Assembly: GCA_045646345.1 (NCBI GenBank)
Contig: JAZRKN010000015.1
Span: 96,001 to 160,000 of the forward strand
Length of the DNA stretch: 64,000 nt
Direction of reading: 5' to 3'
Origin: Candidatus Scatovivens sp.
GTDB taxonomy: Bacteria; Bacillota; Clostridia; TANB77; CAG-508
Shown here: positions 50,955 through 60,800 of the stretch, piece by piece
How the letters are laid out: every line of letters starts with the position of its first letter
How positions within the stretch are numbered: position 1 is the stretch's first letter
Notes under the pieces: model-generated
What the model saw: only the letters and a program-made list of their open reading frames with translations
What the model was told of the DNA's origin: nothing
Database searches by the model: none
Position numbers and translations under genes: made by a program

Positions 50955-52505
50955 CTATCCTAATTTCTTTAGTCTCAAAACGTATTCAATACATTCTTTC
51001 ATTTTGCCTTTTCCAAATGTTTTATCTAAGAATGTAACAAATCCATCAATTTCATCTTTAATATAAGCAATATTTAATTGTTCGAATTTTCTTAAAATCT
51101 TTTTAGCTATGAAGTAATCTATTCCTTCAACTTCATCTCCACCACAAGCAACATACGCTGAAACGAATTTTCCTAAGTGACTAACAATACGGTTACCAAA
51201 TGCAACTCTAAAATGTTGTATTACGTAATCATCCATTTCATTAATCTTTTTCCAATTATCTTCAGAAACTTCATGTTCTGCTCTAGCTTGCATAAATAAT
51301 TTATCTAAATAACTGAAGTTAATATCCATTGGTGGTGTATCTTCAGCTTCAAATACTTGTCCTTTATCGTTAATATCTATAGGCATCGCTCTATCGTAAA
51401 CCTTATCAGTTACCATAAATGTAGAGTCGTCATTGTTGATTGTTCCGATATACCAAGTATTTGCTGGTATCTTAATTCTACCATTTGTTATATGTTTTGG
51501 GTCATTTTCCCAAGGACTAGCTACAACCTCAATAATCCACTCATCTCTATTTGGCATCTCTAGAATAGATAACATTTCAGCGAAATAGTATTCAACACGA
51601 GCAAGGTTCATCTCGTCTAGGATTACTGTATATACATCATCTGTATATGTAGCTGTATATAAACATTCTAATAATTGTGTCTCATTAAATTTCTTTGTGA
51701 ACTCGTTGAAATATCCAAACAACTCTGTTCTATCTCTCCAAGACGGTTGTACAGATACAACGCAAGAGTCATGTTTTAAGAATTTTCCCCAAGCATAAGC
51801 AAGAGATGTTTTACCTGTACCAGAGATACCTTGTAGAATAACAAGTTTTGTTGATGCAAGACCAGCTATAAATATACGAATTAATGGTAATGCATAATAT
51901 AAATGTAATCTTGATGCAGCAAATTGTCTAAATGTTTCACAAAGCTCTTCAAGTGTAAAATCATTATTATAATTTTGAACTTTATATTTAGCAAACTTTT
52001 TATCAACAATTGAAAGTCTTGTAAATCTTACACCATCACCTGGATCTAATTCATCTTCTTTTTTCTTATCTCCATCAGCAGCTTTTGTTTTATCTACTGG
52101 AAGTTTTGAAGATTCATTTGGACTTAATCCTAATTGTGAAACTTTCATAGCAAGAATTTCTTCTCTTTCTTTTGTCATTGTTTCAACTCTTTTATTTAAG
52201 TCAGCAACTTCTTTTAACATAGTTTCTTGTTCTACTACTGTTTTTCTAAATCTAATATACTTTCTTAATATTAAATATACTAAAACAACTGTTAATATAA
52301 GTATTGCAGCAACTGCTAATACTGCTATAGCCACAAGTATCCATTCTTGTACAGAAAAATCATTCTTATATTCTTTAATTAAATGTATGTAAGCTGGAAT
52401 ATCAAATAATTGTCCAATTCCAGTTACTAATCCTGTTAATATTGTTTTTAATCCAGTGAAAAACGCGTCTAAAAATTCATATAAGAATCTTACATATGTA
52501 TCCAT
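50955..52505 (-). CDS. Membrane-anchored McrB-like AAA+ NTPase
   Basis: Walker A GISGTGKT, VQPSW.D..ELFGYFN, Walker B ILDEMNLARVEYY, GTINNDDST, DKVYDRA; N-terminal hydrophobic helices plus coiled coil. Confidence 0.85.
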   Translation of the reverse strand: MDTYVRFLYEFLDAFFTGLKTILTGLVTGIGQLFDIPAYIHLIKEYKNDFSVQEWILVAIAVLAVAAILILTVVLVYLILRKYIRFRKTVVEQETMLKEVADLNKRVETMTKEREEILAMKVSQLGLSPNESSKLPVDKTKAADGDKKKEDELDPGDGVRFTRLSIVDKKFAKYKVQNYNNDFTLEELCETFRQFAASRLHLYYALPLIRIFIAGLASTKLVILQGISGTGKTSLAYAWGKFLKHDSCVVSVQPSWRDRTELFGYFNEFTKKFNETQLLECLYTATYTDDVYTVILDEMNLARVEYYFAEMLSILEMPNRDEWIIEVVASPWENDPKHITNGRIKIPANTWYIGTINNDDSTFMVTDKVYDRAMPIDINDKGQVFEAEDTPPMDINFSYLDKLFMQARAEHEVSEDNWKKINEMDDYVIQHFRVAFGNRIVSHLGKFVSAYVACGGDEVEGIDYFIAKKILRKFEQLNIAYIKDEIDGFVTFLDKTFGKGKMKECIEYVLRLKKLG

Positions 52506-52519
52506 TTTTTACCCTTCCT

Positions 52520-53515
52520 TTATCCTTCTAAAATTTTTGTTTTTTTGTATTGTTTTTTATTTACATCTTTAGTACTTACTATAATACGATCAAAAATTTC
52601 TAACATCTTAATTTCTTCTTTAGAAAGTTTTGGCATATCATCATTTGTTTTTACACAGAATCTAAATCCTTTTCTTATAACTTCAAATAATTTTTCTTTG
52701 TTTCTTACAAAATCATCATACTCTATTTCAAACAAAATTTTATCTTGAGCAGCTTGATTTTCTAATATTCCTAATAATTGATCTAATTTTTTCTTCTTAT
52801 TTAATAATTCTGGTGCAAAATCGCAAACATACATCTTATTAAAATTACCAACAATAACATCTTTTAAAGCTACAACTGCTGCCATTGGATATTCAACAAA
52901 CAATTTATCTTCACTTGTTATGTCAGAATTAAAAACTTCTTCTACAATTTCTTTACTATAAATTTCTGGAAATTCAAAAAAGTATTTTAATTTTACTCTA
53001 TAATAATTTGGATTTTTTGAATTTATTTTTCTAATATCCAAATCAAAATCTTCTGAATAATGCATGTCTAGAAAATCATCAACTTGCTCTAAATCCTTAA
53101 TTATTAAATCTAAAAATTCTTGTTTAAAATTGTCATCGTCAGAAGCTTTTATATTAAATTTTGTTACTCTTTTTTCTGCTATAGCATCTACAACATCATC
53201 TAATTCCATATTATATCTTACATTATCAAAGTAAAAATAATATTGAAATAAAGATAGATGATCTAATATTTGATCTGTACTTCTTGGAGTTTTTTTCATT
53301 AGCTTTTCGCTTTTTTTCTTAACAGCATCATATATTCTTCTGTAAAATATTCTAATAGAATTATCTACTCCATAATTATAGTATCTTGCATCAATATAAG
53401 TTTGGATTAATTCTTCAGAAATATTTTTATCATATCTACTTTTCAAAATTAAACTCATATATTTTTTAAGTCTTTTTTGTGTAGCATTAATATGCTTTTC
53501 AAAAATATTATTCAT
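52520..53515 (-). CDS. Hypothetical protein, C-terminus resembles a degenerate EAL barrel
   Basis: KILFEIEY..F....L...GFRF pattern; no EAL/DDFG catalytic motifs. The ORF is solid, the fold call is weak. Confidence 0.45.
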   Translation of the reverse strand: MNNIFEKHINATQKRLKKYMSLILKSRYDKNISEELIQTYIDARYYNYGVDNSIRIFYRRIYDAVKKKSEKLMKKTPRSTDQILDHLSLFQYYFYFDNVRYNMELDDVVDAIAEKRVTKFNIKASDDDNFKQEFLDLIIKDLEQVDDFLDMHYSEDFDLDIRKINSKNPNYYRVKLKYFFEFPEIYSKEIVEEVFNSDITSEDKLFVEYPMAAVVALKDVIVGNFNKMYVCDFAPELLNKKKKLDQLLGILENQAAQDKILFEIEYDDFVRNKEKLFEVIRKGFRFCVKTNDDMPKLSKEEIKMLEIFDRIIVSTKDVNKKQYKKTKILEG

Positions 53516-53532
53516 TAAACACTCTCCCTATT

Positions 53533-54591
53533 TTATATGTATGATACATCCACAACTGGTGGCGTGTTATTCATATTTGGATATGTATAATTTTCAGATG
53601 CATTTACTTTATAAAATTTAATTACCTTACTTTCTTCTGCATTCATCTTAAATTTAATCTGTTTAACATATTCATATCCCGGGTCAGTTCCTATAATTTC
53701 ATATTCTAAATCATCATCTTTATCAGCAGCTATATAAACACCTGCTGTTGTATCTAGTCTAAGAACACTAGAATCAAAAGCAAGTGTTATAATCATTGAA
53801 TGGCATTTTTCTTTCTCTGCTTCTGACAATCCCAAATAATCATTTATTGTTATTGAAGTTCCTGCAGGAAAAATTCCAACAGCTTCTTCAGTTATATAAT
53901 AATCTAATGTATTTGTTACAACAACTTCACAGTATGGGTCATATTCTTTATCTTCTATTTTATAACTCATACCTAAAGTTCCTATTTTAATATTGAATTC
54001 ACCAATCAATTCTGCAACATATGGTGAAGTCGATGTTGCTGTTATTTTTACATATATATAATCATTATTTTGTAAATTTGATGTTGTCTTTGGTTTTACA
54101 GAAAATTCAAAACTATCTTGGTTATTTGAAGATTGAAAAATCGTTCTTGAAAGAACATCTCCTTGATTTAAATTTTCTATACCTGTTATATAAAAATCTA
54201 TAATATCATCAGAATATTTAGTCCCATCACTTTTATAAACATCATATTCATATTCAATATTATAATTAATATCTACTTTAGAAACTTCACTAACATTTTT
54301 TCTACTATTCATGTTTACAGTAACTCTATATTCTTCAACCCCAGACCAGTTGTCAGACTCAAAATGCGCTATATTTGAAGACAATTTATCACTATTAAAA
54401 TAAAACTCTTTAGAAGTTAAATAATAGTTTCTAATTGATTTATAAACATATCTAGACAAAGTAACAGAGCCAGGCACTATTACTTTTACTAGCATATATA
54501 TTATTATGAATAATAGTATAAGCAAAAATAGCATTTTCTTTATACCACCATTTTTTCTCCTGATTCTTGTTTTAACTTTTCTTTCTTTCAA
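53533..54591 (-). CDS. SipW-class signal peptide protein
   Basis: Basic N-terminus, hydrophobic helix, GSVTLSRYVY, then FYFNSDKL; TTG start. Confidence 0.65.
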   Translation of the reverse strand: MKERKVKTRIRRKNGGIKKMLFLLILLFIIIYMLVKVIVPGSVTLSRYVYKSIRNYYLTSKEFYFNSDKLSSNIAHFESDNWSGVEEYRVTVNMNSRKNVSEVSKVDINYNIEYEYDVYKSDGTKYSDDIIDFYITGIENLNQGDVLSRTIFQSSNNQDSFEFSVKPKTTSNLQNNDYIYVKITATSTSPYVAELIGEFNIKIGTLGMSYKIEDKEYDPYCEVVVTNTLDYYITEEAVGIFPAGTSITINDYLGLSEAEKEKCHSMIITLAFDSSVLRLDTTAGVYIAADKDDDLEYEIIGTDPGYEYVKQIKFKMNAEESKVIKFYKVNASENYTYPNMNNTPPVVDVSYI

Positions 54592-54609
54592 TTTAACCTC
54601 ACATCTTTA

Positions 54610-55287
54610 TTAAGTATTAGGAACATCGATTCTTTGTTCAGAATCAACAGTTATTTCTATACATTCAATTACATTTTGATATTGAACTGAATTATACCTT
54701 GCTGGTAATGTTACTTCTAATATATATGTATTAGTTTCAGGTGTTGTATAATAAAATTCATCAGAATCAGTTATACCTTCAGCTTTTTTATCAGCAGATT
54801 GACTAGCAAACACTAAATGCTTAAATATAGTATTATCTTCATCTAAATACATATTTTGATTTTGAACAGTTTCTATTTCTAATATGTTTGTAAGATTTTC
54901 AACATCCATTCCTTGATTTTTATACATTTTGTATTCTAAAGGTAAATTTGTTGTTGTTCTTATTTTCAAATCATAAAGCATATCAGTTTCTGTTGTTACA
55001 TTTTCTCCCGCATCATCTACATAGTAGTTTGAAACAGTAAATGCTATTCTTCTTGTTTCACCTGGAATCATCTCTTCTATTGAAATAACATTTGTTAAGT
55101 ACTCATCCTCTAGAGTATAAAAAGCAACATCTATATCAGCTGTAGAGCTTGCTTCTGACTCATATAATGAATAAGAACTAAATAAAATTCTATGTAACAT
55201 ACACACAATTAATATAGCAAGTAGAAATTTAATTCTACGTCTTGCTCTTATTGCTTTCCTTTCTCTTAAGTATTTTCCTCTAATCAT
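54610..55287 (-). CDS. SipW-class signal peptide protein
   Basis: FSSYSLYESEASSTADIDVA, MIPGE..FTVSN motif. Confidence 0.7.
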   Translation of the reverse strand: MIRGKYLRERKAIRARRRIKFLLAILIVCMLHRILFSSYSLYESEASSTADIDVAFYTLEDEYLTNVISIEEMIPGETRRIAFTVSNYYVDDAGENVTTETDMLYDLKIRTTTNLPLEYKMYKNQGMDVENLTNILEIETVQNQNMYLDEDNTIFKHLVFASQSADKKAEGITDSDEFYYTTPETNTYILEVTLPARYNSVQYQNVIECIEITVDSEQRIDVPNT

Positions 55288-55305
55288 ATAATCCTCTTTC
55301 GAAAT

Positions 55306-55791
55306 TTATTTTTCTTGCTTTGGTTTTTTAAATAAAAGCCATATTGCAATAATTGTTATTAATATTGCAATTATTACTTGTGGAGATTTTAGCACTTCAA
55401 ACCATATAGCCACATTCGCTATTATAAAAACTACTTTTCCTACTATATCTTTTTGTGTTATAGGATCGTCTTTTGAAGTATTAGCATCTCCTTTTGTTAT
55501 TATTTCATCTTCATTTATTTCTATAACTCTATGAGTTACAAAATCTTCTTTATATCTATAAGTTATAATGTCATTTTCTTTTACATCATCTGTAAGTTTT
55601 ACTATAACAATATCATTTATCTTTATTGTATCTTCCATACTTCCTGTTATAACTTGAAATATTGTATAACCACAAAAGTTAATATAATCATAATTAAATA
55701 TTTTTAGTTGTGCATAACAGTATGAAGCAATAATAAAAATAATCACTAATATAATCGTTATAAAATCTATCTTTTTTAGAAATTCTTTCAT
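55306..55791 (-). CDS. sipW: Signal peptidase I, SipW-type
   Basis: VITGSMEDTI, VTHRV, TKGDAN..DD. Confidence 0.9.
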   Translation of the reverse strand: MKEFLKKIDFITIILVIIFIIASYCYAQLKIFNYDYINFCGYTIFQVITGSMEDTIKINDIVIVKLTDDVKENDIITYRYKEDFVTHRVIEINEDEIITKGDANTSKDDPITQKDIVGKVVFIIANVAIWFEVLKSPQVIIAILITIIAIWLLFKKPKQEK

Positions 55792-55811
55792 TCATACCCC
55801 ATTTAGTGAAT

Positions 55812-56480
55812 TTATTCACCAGTCCATTGAATTACATCTACTTTTATTGGAAGCTTAATTAAATTATTTGCTATAGACCCAATTTTTGAATCTATATCAT
55901 TATTTGCTTCGTTATCTTCCCATGTAACTTTAATTTCCAATTCATCAATTCTATCTGTTTCTCTTTCAGACATAATATCGTCTAATTCTTTAATTTTACT
56001 TATAACAATATTTCCTTCATCATCTCTTGGCAATTCAATATCTACACCATTTTCTTTTATGCCTGTTATTTTCAAATTTATTCTATCAGCTAAATTTTCT
56101 CCTGTAACCCCGACAGATTCTAGCATTTCTGCTATTTTCGAATCATCAATGGTTATTGAATATTTCACTGATACTTGTGTTCCTGTTGGATCTACTTTTA
56201 ATTTAAAATAACCACTCATTCCAGGTGCAACTTTGGGAGGTTTTACATTGGGTGCTGACTCCCAGTCCCATGTAAAATCATCAATTTCAAAAACACCTAT
56301 TTCTCCATTTTCATCTGGTACAGTTATATCTTTATCATTAATTTTTATAGACCAATTTGCTGCCGTTTCATTTATCACACCAGACGCTTTGTTGGTATAT
56401 TTTGAATATGTTGAACTAATTATTAACGCTAGTAAAATTAAGATTGCTATAAGAATAACTATTCTTATTTTTTTATTCAT
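55812..56480 (-). CDS. SipW-class signal peptide protein
   Basis: ISSTYSKYTN, AANWSIKIND, KVAPGMSG, VTWED..D..IG. Confidence 0.78.
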   Translation of the reverse strand: MNKKIRIVILIAILILLALIISSTYSKYTNKASGVINETAANWSIKINDKDITVPDENGEIGVFEIDDFTWDWESAPNVKPPKVAPGMSGYFKLKVDPTGTQVSVKYSITIDDSKIAEMLESVGVTGENLADRINLKITGIKENGVDIELPRDDEGNIVISKIKELDDIMSERETDRIDELEIKVTWEDNEANNDIDSKIGSIANNLIKLPIKVDVIQWTGE

Positions 56481-56485
56481 TATTT

Positions 56486-57622
56486 TTACTCACCTTTTTT
56501 ATTTTTTTCAGCTTCTAGTTTTTTCTTTTTAGCTTCTATTAAAGCTTTCTTTTCTTCTGGTGTCATTGATTTTAATTTTGCTTCAATTAGAGCTCTTTTT
56601 TCTTCTTCTGTCATCGATTTCATTTTTGCTTCAATAGCAGCTTTTTTCTTTTGTTCTTCTGTTTGTTCTTGTTTTGGTTCTTCCTTAGTTTCAATTTTCA
56701 CTTCAGTAACTTCTGTTTTTACTTCAGCTTTTATTTCAACTTTTTCTGGAACTACCGAAACAACTTCTTCTTTTTTCTCTTCAACCTTCACTTCAGTTTC
56801 ATTTTTTTCTTCAACTTCAATTTTTACTTCCGTTACTGGTTCTTCTTTTTCTACTTGAACCACAACAGCTTTATTTTCTTCTATCTCAACTTTTACAGGT
56901 TCTGTTACAATTTCTACTTTTGGTTCTTCTGTTTTCTTTTGTTCTTCTACAATCTCTTCAACCATTTCTTTTATTGTTTCATCTTTTTTTACATTTTCTA
57001 CTTTATCAGATTTTGTAGATGTTGATTTTTTCTTTTTCTTCTTTTTCTTTTTCTTTTTCTTTTCAGCTTCTTTTGTTTCACGAACTTCTATTACAACATA
57101 ATTTAGAGTATATATAAAAGCAACCAAAGAAGGAAATACACCTAAGAATAAGAATCCCCATTTAGATTCTAATATGCTCAACACTTTACCTACATTAGGA
57201 ATTACTGTTGCATTTTCTGCATTTCCTATGTAGTATGAACTTGAAAATCTATAATCTCCTTCAACTGTATAAGTAAACTCTGTATCTGTTACTCTTTCAG
57301 CTTTAATAACCTTGGCATAGTTTATAGTAGTCACTCCATAAGTTGTTCTATAAAAGAAGATTACATCTCCTTCTTCAACTCGAGCTAAACTTCCTTTTGA
57401 CACAATAACTAAATCTCCAACCGTATAATCAGGTTCTAGATCTTCATCAATGATTGGTATAAGAGTACTTTTACCAAATTCTGTTACCTTATATTCATTA
57501 AAAGATAGCAAACAAATTGTGACAAATATTATCAACAAAATGTATGCAATTATTACGAAATTTTTAATAAATTCCCAAACTTTTTTCAAACTTTCCATCT
57601 CATCAGTCCTTTTAATCCACAT
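56486..57622 (-). CDS. Degenerate SipW-like protein with poly-Lys and Glu-rich cytoplasmic tail
   Basis: SipW scaffold (LEP.Y.VGDLVIV, EGDVIFF, IPNVGKVL) but DED in place of SGSM and no HR; K12 run; C-terminal MTxEEKxALIEAK repeats. Confidence 0.65.
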   Translation of the reverse strand: MWIKRTDEMESLKKVWEFIKNFVIIAYILLIIFVTICLLSFNEYKVTEFGKSTLIPIIDEDLEPDYTVGDLVIVSKGSLARVEEGDVIFFYRTTYGVTTINYAKVIKAERVTDTEFTYTVEGDYRFSSSYYIGNAENATVIPNVGKVLSILESKWGFLFLGVFPSLVAFIYTLNYVVIEVRETKEAEKKKKKKKKKKKKSTSTKSDKVENVKKDETIKEMVEEIVEEQKKTEEPKVEIVTEPVKVEIEENKAVVVQVEKEEPVTEVKIEVEEKNETEVKVEEKKEEVVSVVPEKVEIKAEVKTEVTEVKIETKEEPKQEQTEEQKKKAAIEAKMKSMTEEEKRALIEAKLKSMTPEEKKALIEAKKKKLEAEKNKKGE

Positions 57623-57835
57623 TTATACTTAAGAGTATATCATTATTTATTCTTATATTCAACAAGTTTTATATTTCATTTTTTTGTATTTTTGGTAATA
57701 TTTTTGTAACAAAAAAGTAATATTTTTTTGTCGCTTTTTGAAAGAAAATCCATTTACTTTTCCTTCCTCTTATATTATAATTATTCCTATAATGTAGGAT
57801 ATATTTTGAATTATTCTGCCAATATGGAGGTTGAA

Positions 57836-60800
57836 ATGGCAATAAAATCTGAAGAAGAAATAATTAAAAAGCCAACTGCATCTAGAGGAAGACCTAGAAA
57901 AGATGCTCAAGCTAGCAAAACAAAAAAATCTAGTAAAAGCAAAACAAAAAAGAAATCGACAAAAAAAGCTAGTTCTTCTAAAAAATCTACAAGCAAAAAA
58001 GTAAAAAGCACAACATTAAAAAATGTCGAAAATGTTGAGCTTATTAATGATGTTCAAATTGAAAACACTATTCCTCTTATCACTGTTTCAGAAGAAACTG
58101 TTTTAGAAGAAATAGTTGAAACATCACCTGTTGAAAACAATTTAATCGAAGATACTTTAAATTTAGTTATCGAAGAAGAATCAACAGAAGAAATCGAAAC
58201 AATTATTGCTGAAGACGAAATAATTAATTTAGATGCTCAAGAAATTGGTGAAGAATCGTTAATTGAAGAAGTTCCAGAAACTCAAGAACAAGTTGTAGAA
58301 GAAGACATCTCTTCTGCCGTTTGTGAAGAAGTAACTGAAAAGCCAAAGAAAAAACGTACAATTAAAAATCTTTCTATAAAACGTTCTATTCCTGTAGTTG
58401 AAGAAGTTATAGAATCCGAACCGGAAATTGAAGAAGAAATTATAGAAGAATCAATTGTTGAAGAACCTGTTATTGAAAAAATTATAGAACTTCCTGTAAG
58501 AGAAAAAAGAACTTTAAGATTAAATTTAGGTTCTAAAAAACAACAAGTTGAAGAACCAGTTTACAAAAAAGACGAATCTATCAATCAAAATTCTGCATTC
58601 TTTAACGAACCTTCAATATTTGCAAAATTTAATATAGATATCATCAGTACAGATGCTGATGATAATACAGAAATCCAAGATGAAATAATTGAAGAATCTT
58701 CTACTTCAGAGGAAGAAGCTTTAAATGACATCGAAATCATAGACGAAACAATCGTATTGCCAAATGATCAAATTGATGAATTAATTTGCGAAACAATTGT
58801 AAACCAAATAATAGAAGAACCTACTTCTATTTCAGAAGAAGAAAATACTCTAGAAGACTTAAATGATGAACTTTTAGAACAAACAATTTTAGAAGAAATT
58901 TCAAAAAACATTTCAGAAGAAACCATTGAAGAAGAACTTGAAAATTCTGAAATTTTAAAAAGTGTTCGTTCAATCTTAGGTGGAAAACTTGGTTCTTTAG
59001 AAGAATTAACTCAAGACGAAGAAATTCTTCCACAAGATGAACAACAAGATTTGATTGATGAACAAGATAATGTTATACTTTTCAAAAATTTAGTTGAAGA
59101 TGAAGAAATAATTGACAATGATGATAATGAATTCTTACAAATTGATCAAGAAGAACCTGAAGTATTAAAAGAAGTTGCAGACACTATCATTTCTGATGAA
59201 CCAGTATCTGATAATTCTCCTATCGGAAAATTCTTTGATAGTTCTATTCCTTCTATGACATCAACTGTAAACAATACATTTTCTAAAATTAAAAAATCAA
59301 TTTTTTCAAATATCTCTCCTATCTTCAAAAAATTCACTTTTGAAGAAGCAACTTTAATGAAACATCAAGATGAATTTGAAAATAATTATAATGAATCAGA
59401 AAATAATTTATCAGACATCCAACAAGCTTTAGAAAACTTTACACCAAATGTTCAAGCAACAACTAATATAGTTGAGATGGATATTTTAGCAGAATCACCA
59501 GCAACAATGCCAGTTATAGATACAACAACATTAGTAACAACAAACAATGATGAAATGGTTTATGAAGGTCCAGAATTATCAATTCTTACTCCAGCATCAG
59601 AATCATCTTTTGACGAAGATAAAGAATTAGATGAATTTATCGAAAATGCTGAACAAGGAATTCTTGACGATATAGAAGAGCTTGAAAATTTTGAAGAACC
59701 TATCGATGAAATTGATGAAACTGATGAAGTAGAAAATATAATACCAGAAGAAATTATTGAAGAAGAATATGATGACGAAGAGTTCTCTATTGAATCATAT
59801 TTTGGATTAGACAATGTTACTCTTGATGAAAAAGATTTAAAAAGAATTAATGCAATTGAAGACAAAATTGAAGATGAAGTTGTTGAAATCGAAGAATATA
59901 CTTCTAATCCTGATGAATTTGTTGATAAATTCTTAGAAACAAATCCAATAATAGAAGGAATTCAAGAAGAAACTATCGAAGAAGAAGCTTTAGAAGAAAC
60001 AATTCAAGAAGAAACACTTTCAGTAGAATTAGAACCAGAACAATTTGTTGATAAACTTTTAGAAGATAACATCTCTCAAGAAGAAGTTATAACTGAAGAA
60101 AATTCATCAAAAGAAGTTATTTCTGAAGAAGTACCTGAAATTATTGAAGAACCAGTTATCGAAAACAAAGAATCAGAATTAGAAAAAGCATTAAAAGAAA
60201 AAAATGAAGAACTTTCTAGTTTATCAAAATTATTAGAAACATTTACACAAACAATATCTACTCTAACAAATAGAATTACAGATTTAGAAAACAGACAAGC
60301 AGCAGAACCAGTTGTTGAAGAACCAGAAAATCCAACTTCTGATATAATCGAAGATCTTATTGAGGAAAGTCAATCAGAAATCGAAGAAGAATTAAGTGTT
60401 GACGATATTGATATTAATGATTTAGATTTAGATGACTTAGATATCGAAGACCTAGAATTTTCTGAAGAAGAATTTGAAGAACCTTCTCTTCTATCTCAAG
60501 AAAACGATGTTGAAACAGAAATCGAAACTTCAGTTGAAGAAGATGAAAAATCCGTTGAAAGTATTTTATCTGAAGTACTATTATCTAAAGATTTAGATTC
60601 TGAATTAAAAGAAGAATTATTATCTGAAGTACTTTCTTATGAGGAAAACTTATCACCTGAAGATTTAGACGAATCGTTACTAGAAGCAGCACTTTTTGAT
60701 GAATTATCTGATGAAGAATTATTAGAATTAGATTCTCAAGAAGAAAAACTTCCAGAAGAAGAACCTTTATCAGACTTTTCAAAAATAATCGAATCTTTAA

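Noticed and set aside
49817-52505. Classical McrBC restriction system
   Set aside because: No DNA-binding N-terminal domain, no visible nuclease motif, and no defence-island context; reported instead as a derived module.
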